64,000 nt of DNA from Bosea sp. (in: a-proteobacteria) (GCF_017308075.1 NZ_JAFKFX010000038.1:51983-115982), one strand, 5' to 3'; positions 1-9,337 are shown, counted from the first letter of the stretch. The notes: generated from the sequence alone by a model not told the origin. Numbers and translations: made by a program.

Positions 1-1
1 C

Positions 2-1027
2 AAGACCTATGGCGAGTTCCACGCCGTCGACGATTTCAGCATCGACATCGCCGATGGCGAGTTCCTGGTGCTGCTGGGCCCTTCCGGCTGCGGCAAGACC
101 ACGACCCTGCGCATGGTCGCCGGCTTCATCCAGCCGACCGCCGGGCGGATCACCATCGGCGAGCGTGACGTCACCAATCTCCCGCCCTGGAAGCGCAATT
201 GCGGGCTGGTCTTCCAGAGCTACGCCCTGTTCCCGCATATGAGCGTCGCCGACAACGTCGCCTTCGGCCTCGAGATGCGCAGGATGGCGCCGGCTGAGCG
301 CGCCCCGCGCGTCGCCGAGGCCCTGCGCCTCGTCCAGCTCAGCGGTTTCGACCAGCGCTATCCGCGCCAGCTCTCCGGCGGCCAGCAGCAGCGCGTCGCG
401 CTCGCCCGGGCGCTGGCCATGCAGCCCGACGTGCTGCTGCTCGACGAGCCGCTCTCCAATCTCGACGCCAAGCTGCGCCAGGAGGTCCGCGTCGAGATCC
501 GCGACCTCCAGCGCAAGCTCGGCCTGACCACGATCATGGTCACCCATGATCAGGAAGAGGCTCTCACCATGGCCGACCGGCTGGTGGTGATGGAGAAGGG
601 CAAGGTGCGCCAGATCGGCACCCAGCGCGAGCTCTACGAGAAGCCGGCCGATCGCTTCGTCGCCGGCTTCATCGGACGCAGCGCCTTCCTCGACGGCGAG
701 ATCGCGGCGCCCGGCCGCTTCCGCAGCCAGGGCGGACTCGAGATCGACTGCAGCGCCCCGGCGCTCGGCCCGGCGACATTGGCGCTGCGACCCGAACGGC
801 TCGCCATCGGTGCGCAGGCGGAAAGCTGCACCAACCGATTCCAGGCCCGGGTCGAGCATGTTTCCTATCTCGGTGCCCTGCTCGACATCGATGTCCGGCT
901 GACCGAGCATGACCGCATGCTGCTGCAATTGCCGAACCGGCAGGGCACGGTCGAGCCGAAACCGGGAGACAGGATCACGATAGGCTGGGCCGAAGACGCC
1001 GGGCTCGTCTATCCGCGCGAGAGCTGA
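2..1027 (+). CDS. ABC transporter ATP-binding protein (PotA/MalK-like), 5' end cut by window edge
   Basis: The frame is open from nt 2. Walker A is LLGPSGCGKTT, the signature is LSGGQQQRVALARAL and Walker B is LLLDEPLSNLD. A C-terminal TOBE-like domain is present. Confidence 0.93.
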   Translation, partial: KTYGEFHAVDDFSIDIADGEFLVLLGPSGCGKTTTLRMVAGFIQPTAGRITIGERDVTNLPPWKRNCGLVFQSYALFPHMSVADNVAFGLEMRRMAPAERAPRVAEALRLVQLSGFDQRYPRQLSGGQQQRVALARALAMQPDVLLLDEPLSNLDAKLRQEVRVEIRDLQRKLGLTTIMVTHDQEEALTMADRLVVMEKGKVRQIGTQRELYEKPADRFVAGFIGRSAFLDGEIAAPGRFRSQGGLEIDCSAPALGPATLALRPERLAIGAQAESCTNRFQARVEHVSYLGALLDIDVRLTEHDRMLLQLPNRQGTVEPKPGDRITIGWAEDAGLVYPRES

Positions 1028-1114
1028 AACCTGGCTCCGGAAGGCGGCGACCGCTCTCCGGATCAGACCATGTCTCAGCGCTTCCGAGCAGGCGTCCAAC
1101 AGGGGAGAACAGTC

Positions 1115-2161
1115 ATGAAGTCGATCGACAGACGCGACGTCCTGAAGGGCCTGGCCGCCGGCACCGCCGCCTCCGCCCTCGGCAGCCCTGCCTTGGCGCA
1201 ATCCGGCGGCAAGGTCGTGGTCGGCACCTGGGGCGGCGACTATGCCCGCCTGCTGACCAAGAACATCGAGGAGCCGCTGCTCAAGCCGAAGGGCATCGAG
1301 ATCCTGCAGGACCAGGCCGCGGATTCGCCGCGGCGCGCCAAGATGGTGGCCGAACGGCGCCTGCCGCGCGGCACCACCGACATTCAGGGCCTCTCCTCCG
1401 CCAACATGTTCGAGATGAACGAGGCCGGCGTCGTCGAGCAGCTCGACTATGCCAAGATCCCCAATGCCAAGAACCTGATGCCGACGATGAAATACCCTTA
1501 CGGCATCGGGCAGATCTATTCCGGCAAGGTGGTGGTCTACAATCCCAAGCTGATCAGCCCCGCCCCGACCAGCTTCAAGGACGCCTTCGACCCCAGGCAC
1601 GGCAACAAGATCGGCATCATCGACATCCAGTATCTCTATGTGATCATGGCGGCCTCCATGGCCGCGACCGGCGGCGCCAGCATGATCGACTTCGAAGGCG
1701 CCAAGAAGGTTCTGCTCGAGGCCAAGAAGGCCGGCGCCCGCATCTACCCGACCAACGAGGCCTTCGCCCAGGCGATGAAGACCGAGGAGATCGGCATCGG
1801 CGTGATGTGGAAGGCGCGCGCCGTGCAGTGGCAGAACGCCGGCATCCCCGTCGAATCCGCCGCGCCGAGCGAGGGCATCCCGCTCTACATCTCCGGCTTC
1901 TCGATCCCCAAGAACGCGCCCAACAAGGAGAACGCCTATCTCTACATGAACGCCATGCTGGAGAAGAGCGCGCAGGAGGCCTTCGCCGTCGACATGGGCT
2001 ATAACGGCACCGTCACCGGCCTCTCCATCGCCCCCGACCTGCAGAAGCGCATCGGCTTCACGTCCGAGGAGGAGAAGCGCCTCAAGGATCTCGACTACGG
2101 CTACCTCGCCAAGAACGACGCGGCGATGAAGGAGTGGTGGGACAAGGTCTTCAAGGCGTGA
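1115..2161 (+). CDS. ABC transporter periplasmic substrate-binding protein (PotD/PotF-like family) with Tat-type signal
   Basis: The N-terminus MKSIDRRDVLKGLAAGTAASALGSPALAQ is a twin-arginine signal and AGGGGAG lies 8 nt upstream. Size and composition fit solute-binding family 1, and it sits between the ATPase and the permease. Confidence 0.85.
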   Translation: MKSIDRRDVLKGLAAGTAASALGSPALAQSGGKVVVGTWGGDYARLLTKNIEEPLLKPKGIEILQDQAADSPRRAKMVAERRLPRGTTDIQGLSSANMFEMNEAGVVEQLDYAKIPNAKNLMPTMKYPYGIGQIYSGKVVVYNPKLISPAPTSFKDAFDPRHGNKIGIIDIQYLYVIMAASMAATGGASMIDFEGAKKVLLEAKKAGARIYPTNEAFAQAMKTEEIGIGVMWKARAVQWQNAGIPVESAAPSEGIPLYISGFSIPKNAPNKENAYLYMNAMLEKSAQEAFAVDMGYNGTVTGLSIAPDLQKRIGFTSEEEKRLKDLDYGYLAKNDAAMKEWWDKVFKA

Positions 2162-2168
2162 GGCCGCA

Positions 2169-3041
2169 ATGAGCATGACCGCCCCCGAACCCGTCGCGGG
2201 CGCCCGCACCAGCCTCGCCGGCATGCTCGTCCTGCCGGCGACGATCCTGGTCGCGATCGGGCTGATCGGCCCGGTCGCGATCCTGTTCCGCTATTCGCTG
2301 AACCAGTTCGTTCCCGGCCAGTTCATGGTCGACGGGCTGACGCTCGAGAACTATGTCAAGTTCTTCACCGACGCCTATTATCTCAACGTGCTGCTGCGCA
2401 CCGTCCGCGTCGCGGTGATCTGCACCCTCGCCTGCCTGATCATGGGCTTTCCGCTGGCCTATGTGCTGGCCCGCACCCAGAGCCGCTTCAAGAACCTCAT
2501 GGTCATGCTGGTGGTGCTGCCGCTCTTCGTCGGCAATGCCGTGCGCGCCGCCGGCTGGATGACCGCCTTCGGCAACAAGGGCGCCTTCAACGCCTCGCTG
2601 CTCGGCCTCGGCCTGATCGACCAGCCGATTGAGATCATGTTCACCGAGAATGCCGTGCTGATCGGCATCGTCGCGGTCAACCTGCCCTTCATGGTGCTGA
2701 CCTTGCAGAGCGTGATCGAGGGCATCGACCGCAATGTCGAGGAAGCCGCCTTCAGCCTCGGCGCCGGCCCGGTGGCGATGTTCCGGCGCGTGCTCTGGCC
2801 GCTCGCTCTGCCCGGCATTCTCGCCGGCACGATCCTGACCTTCATCCTGGCGATGAACGCCTATGCGACGCCGGTTCTGCTCGGCGGTCCGAAATTCCAG
2901 ATGATGGGGCCGCTGGTCTATGGCCAGTTCGCCCAGCAGAACAACTGGCCCTTTGGCGGTGCCATCTCCTTCATCCTGATGACGGCCACCTTGCTGCTCA
3001 CCCTCGCCGCCAATCTGATCGTGCAGCGCCGCTATCGCTGA
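2169..3041 (+). CDS. ABC transporter permease (PotB-like, BPD_transp_1)
   Basis: It is a 290-aa polytopic membrane protein with an EAA-like loop (EEAAFSLGAGPVAMFRRVLWPL). It follows directly after the SBP gene. Confidence 0.88.
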   Translation: MSMTAPEPVAGARTSLAGMLVLPATILVAIGLIGPVAILFRYSLNQFVPGQFMVDGLTLENYVKFFTDAYYLNVLLRTVRVAVICTLACLIMGFPLAYVLARTQSRFKNLMVMLVVLPLFVGNAVRAAGWMTAFGNKGAFNASLLGLGLIDQPIEIMFTENAVLIGIVAVNLPFMVLTLQSVIEGIDRNVEEAAFSLGAGPVAMFRRVLWPLALPGILAGTILTFILAMNAYATPVLLGGPKFQMMGPLVYGQFAQQNNWPFGGAISFILMTATLLLTLAANLIVQRRYR

Positions 3042-3105
3042 ACTGTGGCGCTTCGCCGCCGTGGCGACGCTGGCCAAGGCGAGCCGACAGGACTACACCC
3101 TGACG

Positions 3106-3294
3106 ATGAGCTTCTCGTCCATCCTCACTCCGGTCGCGGTCGGCGCCGTTGCGGTCGTGCTGCTGCTTGGCCTGATCAACATGCTGCGCGGCGGCAGCGC
3201 CGGCACCTCGCAGAAATTGATGCGCCTGCGCGTCGTGCTGCAGTTCATCGCTATTCTGGTGATCCTGGGCGTGGCATGGTGGCGCAGCGGCTGA
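3106..3294 (+). CDS. twin transmembrane helix small protein (HIG1-domain family)
   Basis: The sequence MSFSSILTPVAVGAVAVVLLLGLINMLRGGSAGTSQKLMRLRVVLQFIAILVILG matches the alphaproteobacterial HIG1 pattern (two TM helices, RGG..SQKLMR.RV). I preferred the ATG at 3106 over the GTG at 3061. Confidence 0.8.
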   Translation: MSFSSILTPVAVGAVAVVLLLGLINMLRGGSAGTSQKLMRLRVVLQFIAILVILGVAWWRSG

Positions 3295-3388
3295 CGCATC
3301 CGGTGGACAGCGCCGCGCCGTCACATTGCGGCCACCACTCTCTGTGCTTCACTAGCTTACCATCTGATTAAGAGAACATCTGCCCGCC

Positions 3389-3994
3389 ATGGTTCGCGTC
3401 GCGTCGATAGCCGTTGCCTTCTCCCTCCTGGCCGCGCCAGCCCTGGCGCAGAGCGAAAGCAACGTCTCCCGCGCCTTGGGCTATGCGCCGGCCGGCCAAT
3501 CGCCCGCCGCCTCCTGGGAAGCGCGCTTCGGCGCCGGCGCCGCCAATCCCGGCGGGCGCGAAAGCGGCCTGCTGAATTTCGGCGGCGAGTTTCTGACCCC
3601 GCGCATCGCAACGCTGAGCGATCGCATCGCCAACGCCTTCGTCCCGCGCTTCCATCTCGGCTCGAGCCTCAATCTCAACGGCACGCAATACGCCTATGCC
3701 GGCGCCACCTGGACGATCGACATCTCGCAGGCCTTCTTCGTCGAAGCCAGCCTCGGCGCCGCGCTGAACAACGGCAAGACCGGCGCCGTCGTCCCCGAGA
3801 ACCGGCTGAACCTCGGCTGCAATACCGGAGCACGCGGCGCCGCCTCGCTCGGCTACCGCCTCAACGACCGCTGGAGCCTGATTGCGACGATGGAGCATTT
3901 CAGCACATCGAACTGCTCCGACAATCTCGCCGCCGGCACCGGCAGCCCGCGCGGCCCGTCCAATTTCGGTGCCAGGCTCGGCTACACCTTCTGA
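3389..3994 (+). CDS. acyloxyacyl hydrolase / PagL-like outer-membrane beta-barrel protein
   Basis: The signal peptide is AFSLLAAPALAQ. The protein shows alternating beta-strand pattern, an EHFSTSN motif near the C-terminus and a terminal ...RLGYTF aromatic residue typical of OM barrels. Confidence 0.7.
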   Translation: MVRVASIAVAFSLLAAPALAQSESNVSRALGYAPAGQSPAASWEARFGAGAANPGGRESGLLNFGGEFLTPRIATLSDRIANAFVPRFHLGSSLNLNGTQYAYAGATWTIDISQAFFVEASLGAALNNGKTGAVVPENRLNLGCNTGARGAASLGYRLNDRWSLIATMEHFSTSNCSDNLAAGTGSPRGPSNFGARLGYTF

Positions 3995-4117
3995 TCGCCT
4001 TCACGAGCCCGCGCCCGGTCGCCGGCTGAGAAATTTCGGCGAGCCCGCCTGTCAATCCGCCCCGGAATGCCCGACAACAGGATGCCGGGGCGACCGGCGG
4101 CGAGGGACGAGGCGAGC

Positions 4118-4750
4118 ATGATACTGCACGGCTATTTCCGCAGCTCGGCGGCTTGGCGGGTGCGCATCGCCCTGAACCTCAAGGGCATCGCCGTCGAGCA
4201 TCGTTCGCATCATCTGCGCCATGGCGAGCAGCACGCCCCCGCCTATCTCGCGCTCAATCCCCAGGGGCTGGTGCCGGCGCTCGAGCTCGACGACGGCACG
4301 GTCCTGACCCAGTCGCTCGCCATCATCGAATGGCTCGACGAGACCTACCCGGAGCCGCAGCTGCTGCCGGCGACGGCGCAGGAACGGGCACGGGTGCGTG
4401 CCTTCGCCCAGGTCATCGCCTGCGATACCCACCCGGTGCAGAATCTCAAGGTGCTCAACCGGCTGCGCGAGCTGGGCCATGCCGGCGACGAGGTGCTGGC
4501 CTGGGCCGCGGCGGTGAATATCGACGGGCTTTCGGTCTGCGAGCGCCTGGCGTCCAGGACGGCGGGCCCCTTCTGCTTCGGCGCCGCACCGGGCCTCGCC
4601 GATCTCTGTCTGGTGCCGCAGCTCGGCAATGCGCGCCGCTTCAAGGTCGACGTCGCGCAATTCCCGCGCCTGCTCGCAGCGGAAGCCGCGGCGCTCGCCT
4701 TGCCCGCCTTCCGCGACGCGGTTCCCGAAAGGCAGGCCGACGCCGAATGA
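4118..4750 (+). CDS. maiA: maleylacetoacetate isomerase (zeta-class GST)
   Basis: The N-terminus MILHGYFRSSAAWRVRIALNLKGI...LNPQGLVPALELDDGTVLTQSLAIIEWLDE is the classical MaiA/GSTZ N-terminus. The start was taken at MILHGY. Confidence 0.88.
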   Translation: MILHGYFRSSAAWRVRIALNLKGIAVEHRSHHLRHGEQHAPAYLALNPQGLVPALELDDGTVLTQSLAIIEWLDETYPEPQLLPATAQERARVRAFAQVIACDTHPVQNLKVLNRLRELGHAGDEVLAWAAAVNIDGLSVCERLASRTAGPFCFGAAPGLADLCLVPQLGNARRFKVDVAQFPRLLAAEAAALALPAFRDAVPERQADAE

Positions 4751-4825
4751 AGCGCAACGGCGGGCAGGGCGAATCAGCACGGTAGAAGCGACGGTCTCAC
4801 GGAGCCCGAGGATCGCGCAGCGCTG

Positions 4826-5077
4826 TCACCAGCGCCGATATGGATACCAGCCCGGCCCGTAGAAGCCCGGCCCGTAGAAGCTGGTTTCGAGCCGGGCCCG
4901 CTGCGCCGCCGAACGATCGAGATCAAGCGCCATCAGACAATTGGCGAACGGGTCCGAGCCCTGGCGGAAACCATAGGACCGGCAGCGTCCCTCATCGGCG
5001 GCGCGCTGCTCCGCCGGCGTGACGCAGCCACCGAGCGCAGCGGCGAGAATCACGGCGACATACCATTTCGTTCGCAT
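4826..5077 (-). CDS. small lipoprotein, hypothetical (Tyr/Gly-rich C-terminus)
   Basis: MRTKWYVAVILAAALGGC is a lipobox. A CRSYGF..G.DPFANC motif is present. The C-terminal FYGPGFYGPGWYPYRRW is encoded by a perfect 15-nt tandem duplication. Confidence 0.65.
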   Translation of the reverse strand: MRTKWYVAVILAAALGGCVTPAEQRAADEGRCRSYGFRQGSDPFANCLMALDLDRSAAQRARLETSFYGPGFYGPGWYPYRRW

Positions 5078-5376
5078 GGTCAGTTCTCCGCCTCGGCAAA
5101 ATGCGCAGGAATGAGACCCGAACACGACGATATCAGATCGGCCACGACGCGCACCTCCCAGTTGCACCGACATTTTCGCCAATACAACGGTTTCTTCTCG
5201 CACCGACCCCGCGCCTGAAACATGTGGATTTCGCGCGGAATCACGCCGTCATCCCTGAACAAGGGACGAAGCCGCGCAGCCCCGGAAGCCACTAAAGGGC
5301 ATCGAATCCATGATGGATCTCGGGACACCGCTTGGCGCCCTGGCGGACGATGGCAGTTCCCCGACGATCGGCACGC

Positions 5377-6123
5377 CTAGAGAGCCTTGAGCGGCGTCAC
5401 GATGCGCCGGCCGTCAGCTCCGATCGACATGCCCGCTTGCACGTCGAAGACTTTCGCGACCATGGCCGGCTCGATCACCCGCTCCGGCCGCCCGTGGCAG
5501 ACGGCGCGGCCGCCCCGCATCGCAACGACGCTGTCGGCGAAACGAGCGGCGATATTGAGGTCGTGCAGGACCACCAGCGTGGTGAGGTCGCGTTCGCGCG
5601 TCACGCGGAGCATCGTCTCCATGACCTCCAGCTGGTGACGGATGTCGAGCGCACTGATCGGCTCGTCGAGCAGCAGCAGCGTCGGCTCGGATGCGAGCGC
5701 CTGCGCCAGGAAGACGAGCTGCCGCTGGCCGCCGCTGAGCTCGCCGAGATAGCGCGAGGCCAGCGCCACAAGGTCGAGTTCGACGAGCACGGCTTCTGCC
5801 GCCGCCAGGTCGCTGGCGCCGACCCGCAGCCCGAGCTTGCCGAAGCGCCCGAGCAGCACCGCCTCAAGCACGGTCAGCGCGGTGCGGACGCCGATATCCT
5901 GCGGCATGTAACCGATGCTGCGAGGGCGCTCGCGCCGGCCGTCATAGGCGATCGTTCCGCCATGCGGCAGCAAGCCCGCGACCGCCTTCACCAGGGACGA
6001 CTTGCCCGAGCCGTTCGGCCCGATCACCGCGAGCACTTCGCCCGGCTCCGCGACCAGGTCGAGGCCGCAGATCACCGCGGTCGCGCCGTAGCGGACACTG
6101 AGATCATTCACCGTGAGCCTCAC
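5377..6123 (-). CDS. ABC transporter ATP-binding protein (FecE/BtuD-like, iron-chelate/cobalamin type)
   Basis: It has Walker A GPNGSGKSS, the signature LSGGQRQLVFLAQAL and Walker B LLLLDEP. The GTG start overlaps the permease stop (GTGA). Confidence 0.92.
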   Translation of the reverse strand: MRLTVNDLSVRYGATAVICGLDLVAEPGEVLAVIGPNGSGKSSLVKAVAGLLPHGGTIAYDGRRERPRSIGYMPQDIGVRTALTVLEAVLLGRFGKLGLRVGASDLAAAEAVLVELDLVALASRYLGELSGGQRQLVFLAQALASEPTLLLLDEPISALDIRHQLEVMETMLRVTRERDLTTLVVLHDLNIAARFADSVVAMRGGRAVCHGRPERVIEPAMVAKVFDVQAGMSIGADGRRIVTPLKAL

Positions 6124-7265
6124 CAGAAGGCCCTCCTGTTGCGCATGATGAGCCAGATGAAGAAGGGTACGCCGACGAGCGAGGTGACGATCCCTATCGG
6201 AACGATCGCACCCGGCAGAGCCGTCTTGCTGGCGATCGAGGCGACCGAGAGCAGGAGCGCCCCGTAAAGTGCCGAGGCCGGCAGGAAGCTGCGCTGGTCC
6301 TCGCCGACGAGCATCCGGGCGATATGCGGCGCGACCAGGCCGACGAAGCCGATCGTGCCGACGAAGGCGACTGCGACACCGGTGAGCGCCGAGATCAGGA
6401 AGAAGGAGCGGAGCCGGAGACGGCGGACATCGACGCCCAGGCCGCGCGCCCGTTCATCGCCCAGCTTCAGCGCGGTCAGGCGCCAGGCATCCGCTGCCAG
6501 AACGGGCATGCAGGCGACGAGTACCGCGGCGATGATCCAGAACTTGCCCCAGCTCGCTTTCTGCAGGCTGCCGAACAGCCAGAAGACGATCTGCTGCAGA
6601 GCCTCCGGCGAGGCGACGAATTGCAGGAGCGCCAGCAGAGCCTGGAACAGGAAAAGCAGCGCGATTCCCGCCAGCAGCAGCATCTCGGGCGAGGAATCGC
6701 GGGTCGCGCCGATGCCATACACGCCCGCGCAGGCGAGGCAGGCGAACAGGAACGCCATCAGCGGGATCGCATAGGCTTCCGGCACGGGCAGCGAGACGCC
6801 GAGCACGATCACCAGCGCCGCTCCGAAGCCGGCTCCGGCCGAGACTCCCAGCGTGTAGCTCGAGGCGAGCGGGTTGTTCAGGATCGTCTGCATCATCGCG
6901 CCCGAGAGGCCGAGCGCCGCTCCGACGACGAGCGCCACGAGCGCGGTCTGCAGCCTGATCGACCAGACGATCGCATCGACACTGGCGTCCTGCGCCGTTC
7001 CGAAGATCGAGCGGGCGACGTCGCGCACCGGCAGCAGCGCCGGCCCGGTGGCGACATCGAGCAGGAGACTGGCCAGTAGGCAGGCCGAACCGCAGAGCAG
7101 GACCAGGGTCCGGCGCCAGGCCATCGCCGCGTAGAGCTCGGCAAGTCCCTGTTGCCGGACCTTTTCGCCGCAGGACGCCGTGCGCGCCGCCAGCGGCTCG
7201 ACACGAGGGGCTCTCGAAAGAGCGAGCGCCGGGCGCTGCGAAGGACAGGAAGAGCTGAAGGACAT
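6120..7265 (-). CDS. FecCD-family ABC permease (iron-chelate/cobalamin type)
   Basis: The polytopic sequence is typical of FecCD (…GAALGLSGAMMQTILNNPLASSYTLGVSAGAGFG…). The ORF track extends to 7508, but that part overlaps the upstream SBP gene. The ATG at 7265 has GAGGA 8 nt upstream; an alternative ATG is at 7124. Confidence 0.85.
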   Translation of the reverse strand: MSFSSSCPSQRPALALSRAPRVEPLAARTASCGEKVRQQGLAELYAAMAWRRTLVLLCGSACLLASLLLDVATGPALLPVRDVARSIFGTAQDASVDAIVWSIRLQTALVALVVGAALGLSGAMMQTILNNPLASSYTLGVSAGAGFGAALVIVLGVSLPVPEAYAIPLMAFLFACLACAGVYGIGATRDSSPEMLLLAGIALLFLFQALLALLQFVASPEALQQIVFWLFGSLQKASWGKFWIIAAVLVACMPVLAADAWRLTALKLGDERARGLGVDVRRLRLRSFFLISALTGVAVAFVGTIGFVGLVAPHIARMLVGEDQRSFLPASALYGALLLSVASIASKTALPGAIVPIGIVTSLVGVPFFIWLIMRNRRAFW

Positions 7266-7326
7266 CGGGCGGGTCCTCGAATGGCGGAACATGGCCCTCC
7301 GGCGCCACGCCGGAGGGCCGGGCGCG

Positions 7327-8442
7327 TCAGGGCCTGAGCGGCAGCATCCATGTCCCGCTGAAGGTGATGGGCAGATATTTTTCGTGATAGGCGCGGAAGT
7401 TGGCGGCCGGGTCGACATCGGCGAAGGCTTCCGGATAGAGCCGCTTGCCGATGTACTGCATCGCGACGAAGTCGTAGAGCGTGCGGCACAGGCCATGCTC
7501 GATGGCACTGATCTCCCCGTTGCGGACCGCCTTCAGCCCCGCCCAGCCGGCCCGCCCGGCATAGGGCTCCAGGGTCGCCCGGGTCTCCTCTGGCGTGACG
7601 TCGTAGCCGGTCCGGACCGCCTTGGCCCGCCCCACCCAGGACGACGACGCCATCAGGATGATGTCAGGGTTTTCGGCGATCACCGCTTCGCCATTGAGAG
7701 GCCCCCATGGGCCTGGAATCTTGCCGGAGGCGATGTTGGTCGCGCCGAGCGTGGTGATGATCTTGCCCCACATCGTGTTGTTGTAGGTATTGCCGATCGT
7801 TTCCGCGCCGGCCTGGCCGAGCTCGACATAGACCTTGCTGATCGGCGCGCCCGCCATCTTCGCCTTCGCGACCCGGGCGAGGATGTCGCGATGCTGGCTC
7901 TCATAAAGATTGGCGAGTTCCTCGGCCCGCTGCTCCCGGCCCATGACCTTGCCTAGCGCGCGTGTCGAGGCGAGATGACGTTCCAGCAGCTGGGTGTTGT
8001 AGTCGATGATGACGATCGGGATGCCGGCGCTCTCGATCTGCCCGATCTGCGTGCCGAGCGCCTTGTAGGCCCAGTCCGACAGGAACAGCACGTCGGGCTT
8101 GAGACCGATCACCTTCTCGGCGCTGAAGCTGCCATCGTCGCTGTGGCCGATATCCGGCATGGCGGCGAGGTTCGGGATGACGTCCTTGTAGCGCTTGAAG
8201 ATCAAAGGTCGCCACCCCTCCCAGGGAGCCCGGGAGATGCCGACGACCTTCTGCCAGCCTTCGACGCCCGCGACCGCGGTGAACTCCTCGAAATTGAAGT
8301 TCACCGCGACGCGCCGGATCGGCAGGTCGACGGTCACCTTCCGTCCCAGCGCGTCGGTGATCTCGGTCGGTGCAGCGAGGGCCGCCGCGGAGCTCCCGGC
8401 CATCGCCAGGGCGCAGAGCAGGAACTTGATGGGCTTGAGCAT
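7327..8442 (-). CDS. ABC periplasmic binding protein (Peripla_BP_2, FecB/BtuF-like)
   Basis: The signal peptide MLKPIKFLLCALAMAGSSAAALA has GAGGA 7 nt upstream of its ATG. It is the first gene of the SBP-permease-ATPase operon. The 463-aa track ORF is an upstream shadow extension. Confidence 0.85.
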   Translation of the reverse strand: MLKPIKFLLCALAMAGSSAAALAAPTEITDALGRKVTVDLPIRRVAVNFNFEEFTAVAGVEGWQKVVGISRAPWEGWRPLIFKRYKDVIPNLAAMPDIGHSDDGSFSAEKVIGLKPDVLFLSDWAYKALGTQIGQIESAGIPIVIIDYNTQLLERHLASTRALGKVMGREQRAEELANLYESQHRDILARVAKAKMAGAPISKVYVELGQAGAETIGNTYNNTMWGKIITTLGATNIASGKIPGPWGPLNGEAVIAENPDIILMASSSWVGRAKAVRTGYDVTPEETRATLEPYAGRAGWAGLKAVRNGEISAIEHGLCRTLYDFVAMQYIGKRLYPEAFADVDPAANFRAYHEKYLPITFSGTWMLPLRP

Positions 8443-8635
8443 GTCGATGTCCTCGTGACTCATGGGCGCGCCGTCAGCGGCAGGCGCCGTTCGGTCGGGA
8501 GGGCAGCGGGAAAGGTGTCGCGCAGGCGGGTGAACGAGCGCATGCGGCGACGTTCGACCGAAGCTGAAAGCAAGCCGCGACATCGGTCCGGGGGCGTCAG
8601 GTCCTGCGCACCCGGCCAGCCATCCTCGCTGCCCC

Positions 8636-8660
8636 GTCGGGCGCCGCACCGGCGCCCGAC
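8636..8660 (-). terminator. perfect 10-bp GC hairpin just after the DUF2946 stop (no U-tract)
   Basis: GTCGGGCGCC-N5-GGCGCCCGAC lies 5 nt downstream of the TGA at 8666-8668. No T run follows, so it may be an attenuator or processing hairpin rather than an intrinsic terminator. Confidence 0.4.
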
Positions 8661-8665
8661 TGGCA

Positions 8666-9094
8666 TCAATGCAGGACGGGTGGAGCTCGTGGATTGGCGG
8701 GGGAACGCCCCCCGACATAGCCCTGAGGCGTGTCGAGCTGGCGTGCGAACGCGACGCGGTCGACGGCGCGATAGATCACTGGCTCATGCCCGGCCGAGGG
8801 CGCACCGACGAAGCCCGCGCCGAGAGCGCAGGCCATCAGGCAACGCTCCATTCTCTCGGCATGGGCGGCATCGGCCCCCTCACCCTGCTGGTGATCCCCG
8901 ACCGGGGCGCACAAGGTCATGCCGATGCTGCGCGCGATGGCATTGTCCGCGGCATAGGCGCCGGACGCCAAGCCGGTCACGACCGCCTGGAGCACAAGCA
9001 GATAGGCGGCCAGAATGGCGACCCATCGACGTCTCGCTGCTCGGTAGCGGTCTTCGGGCACTCGGCTCGCTCCTTCGATTCGAAGCGATAGCAT
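8666..9094 (-). CDS. DUF2946-family protein (small Cys/His-containing exported protein)
   Basis: It has an N-terminal basic stretch plus TM (RRRWVAILAAYLLVLQAVVTGLA). It also has LCAP..H, a C..AC cluster and a C-terminal ..RAPPVLH tail, as in Rhizobiales DUF2946 proteins. The start was taken at MLSLR (9094). Confidence 0.6.
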   Translation of the reverse strand: MLSLRIEGASRVPEDRYRAARRRWVAILAAYLLVLQAVVTGLASGAYAADNAIARSIGMTLCAPVGDHQQGEGADAAHAERMERCLMACALGAGFVGAPSAGHEPVIYRAVDRVAFARQLDTPQGYVGGRSPANPRAPPVLH

Positions 9095-9213
9095 GTCTTT
9101 GCAAGCCGCAATATGCGGCAGAACAAACAGCGCGGCGGCGGAGCCTCCTCGCTTCACTCCGCCAACTTGCCGGCATTTTTCGGCGACGAAGGCTTCTGGA
9201 GCCTGTCGAAACA

Positions 9214-9256
9214 GAAAAAAGCCCGGAAGCTGCAATATTCTTGCAGCTTCCGGGCT
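9214..9256 (-). terminator. rho-independent terminator downstream of tRNA-Val
   Basis: On the minus strand, AGCCCGGAAGCTGCAA-N4-TTGCAGCTTCCGGGCT (16-bp stem) is followed by TTTTTTCTGTTT. Confidence 0.9.
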
Positions 9257-9262
9257 CGAAAA

Positions 9263-9337
<75 letters not shown>

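Noticed and set aside
5078-5376. Small ORFs 5080-5328(-) and 5101-5295(+) in the 300-nt spacer between the FecE-like gene and the lipoprotein gene.
   Set aside because: They have no SD-like sequence, mixed third-position composition and no motifs. The spacer is more likely a promoter/leader region of the lipoprotein gene.
8461-8665. A possible cobalamin riboswitch in front of the BtuF/FecB-like SBP gene.
   Set aside because: On the gene's own (minus) strand I find none of the GGGAA / GGUG..A.UCC / GCCACUG / B12-box elements. Fragments that look similar (GGGAAAGGTG, GTCAGGTCCTGC) are on the plus strand, where no gene follows. A covariance-model scan would be needed to revive this idea.
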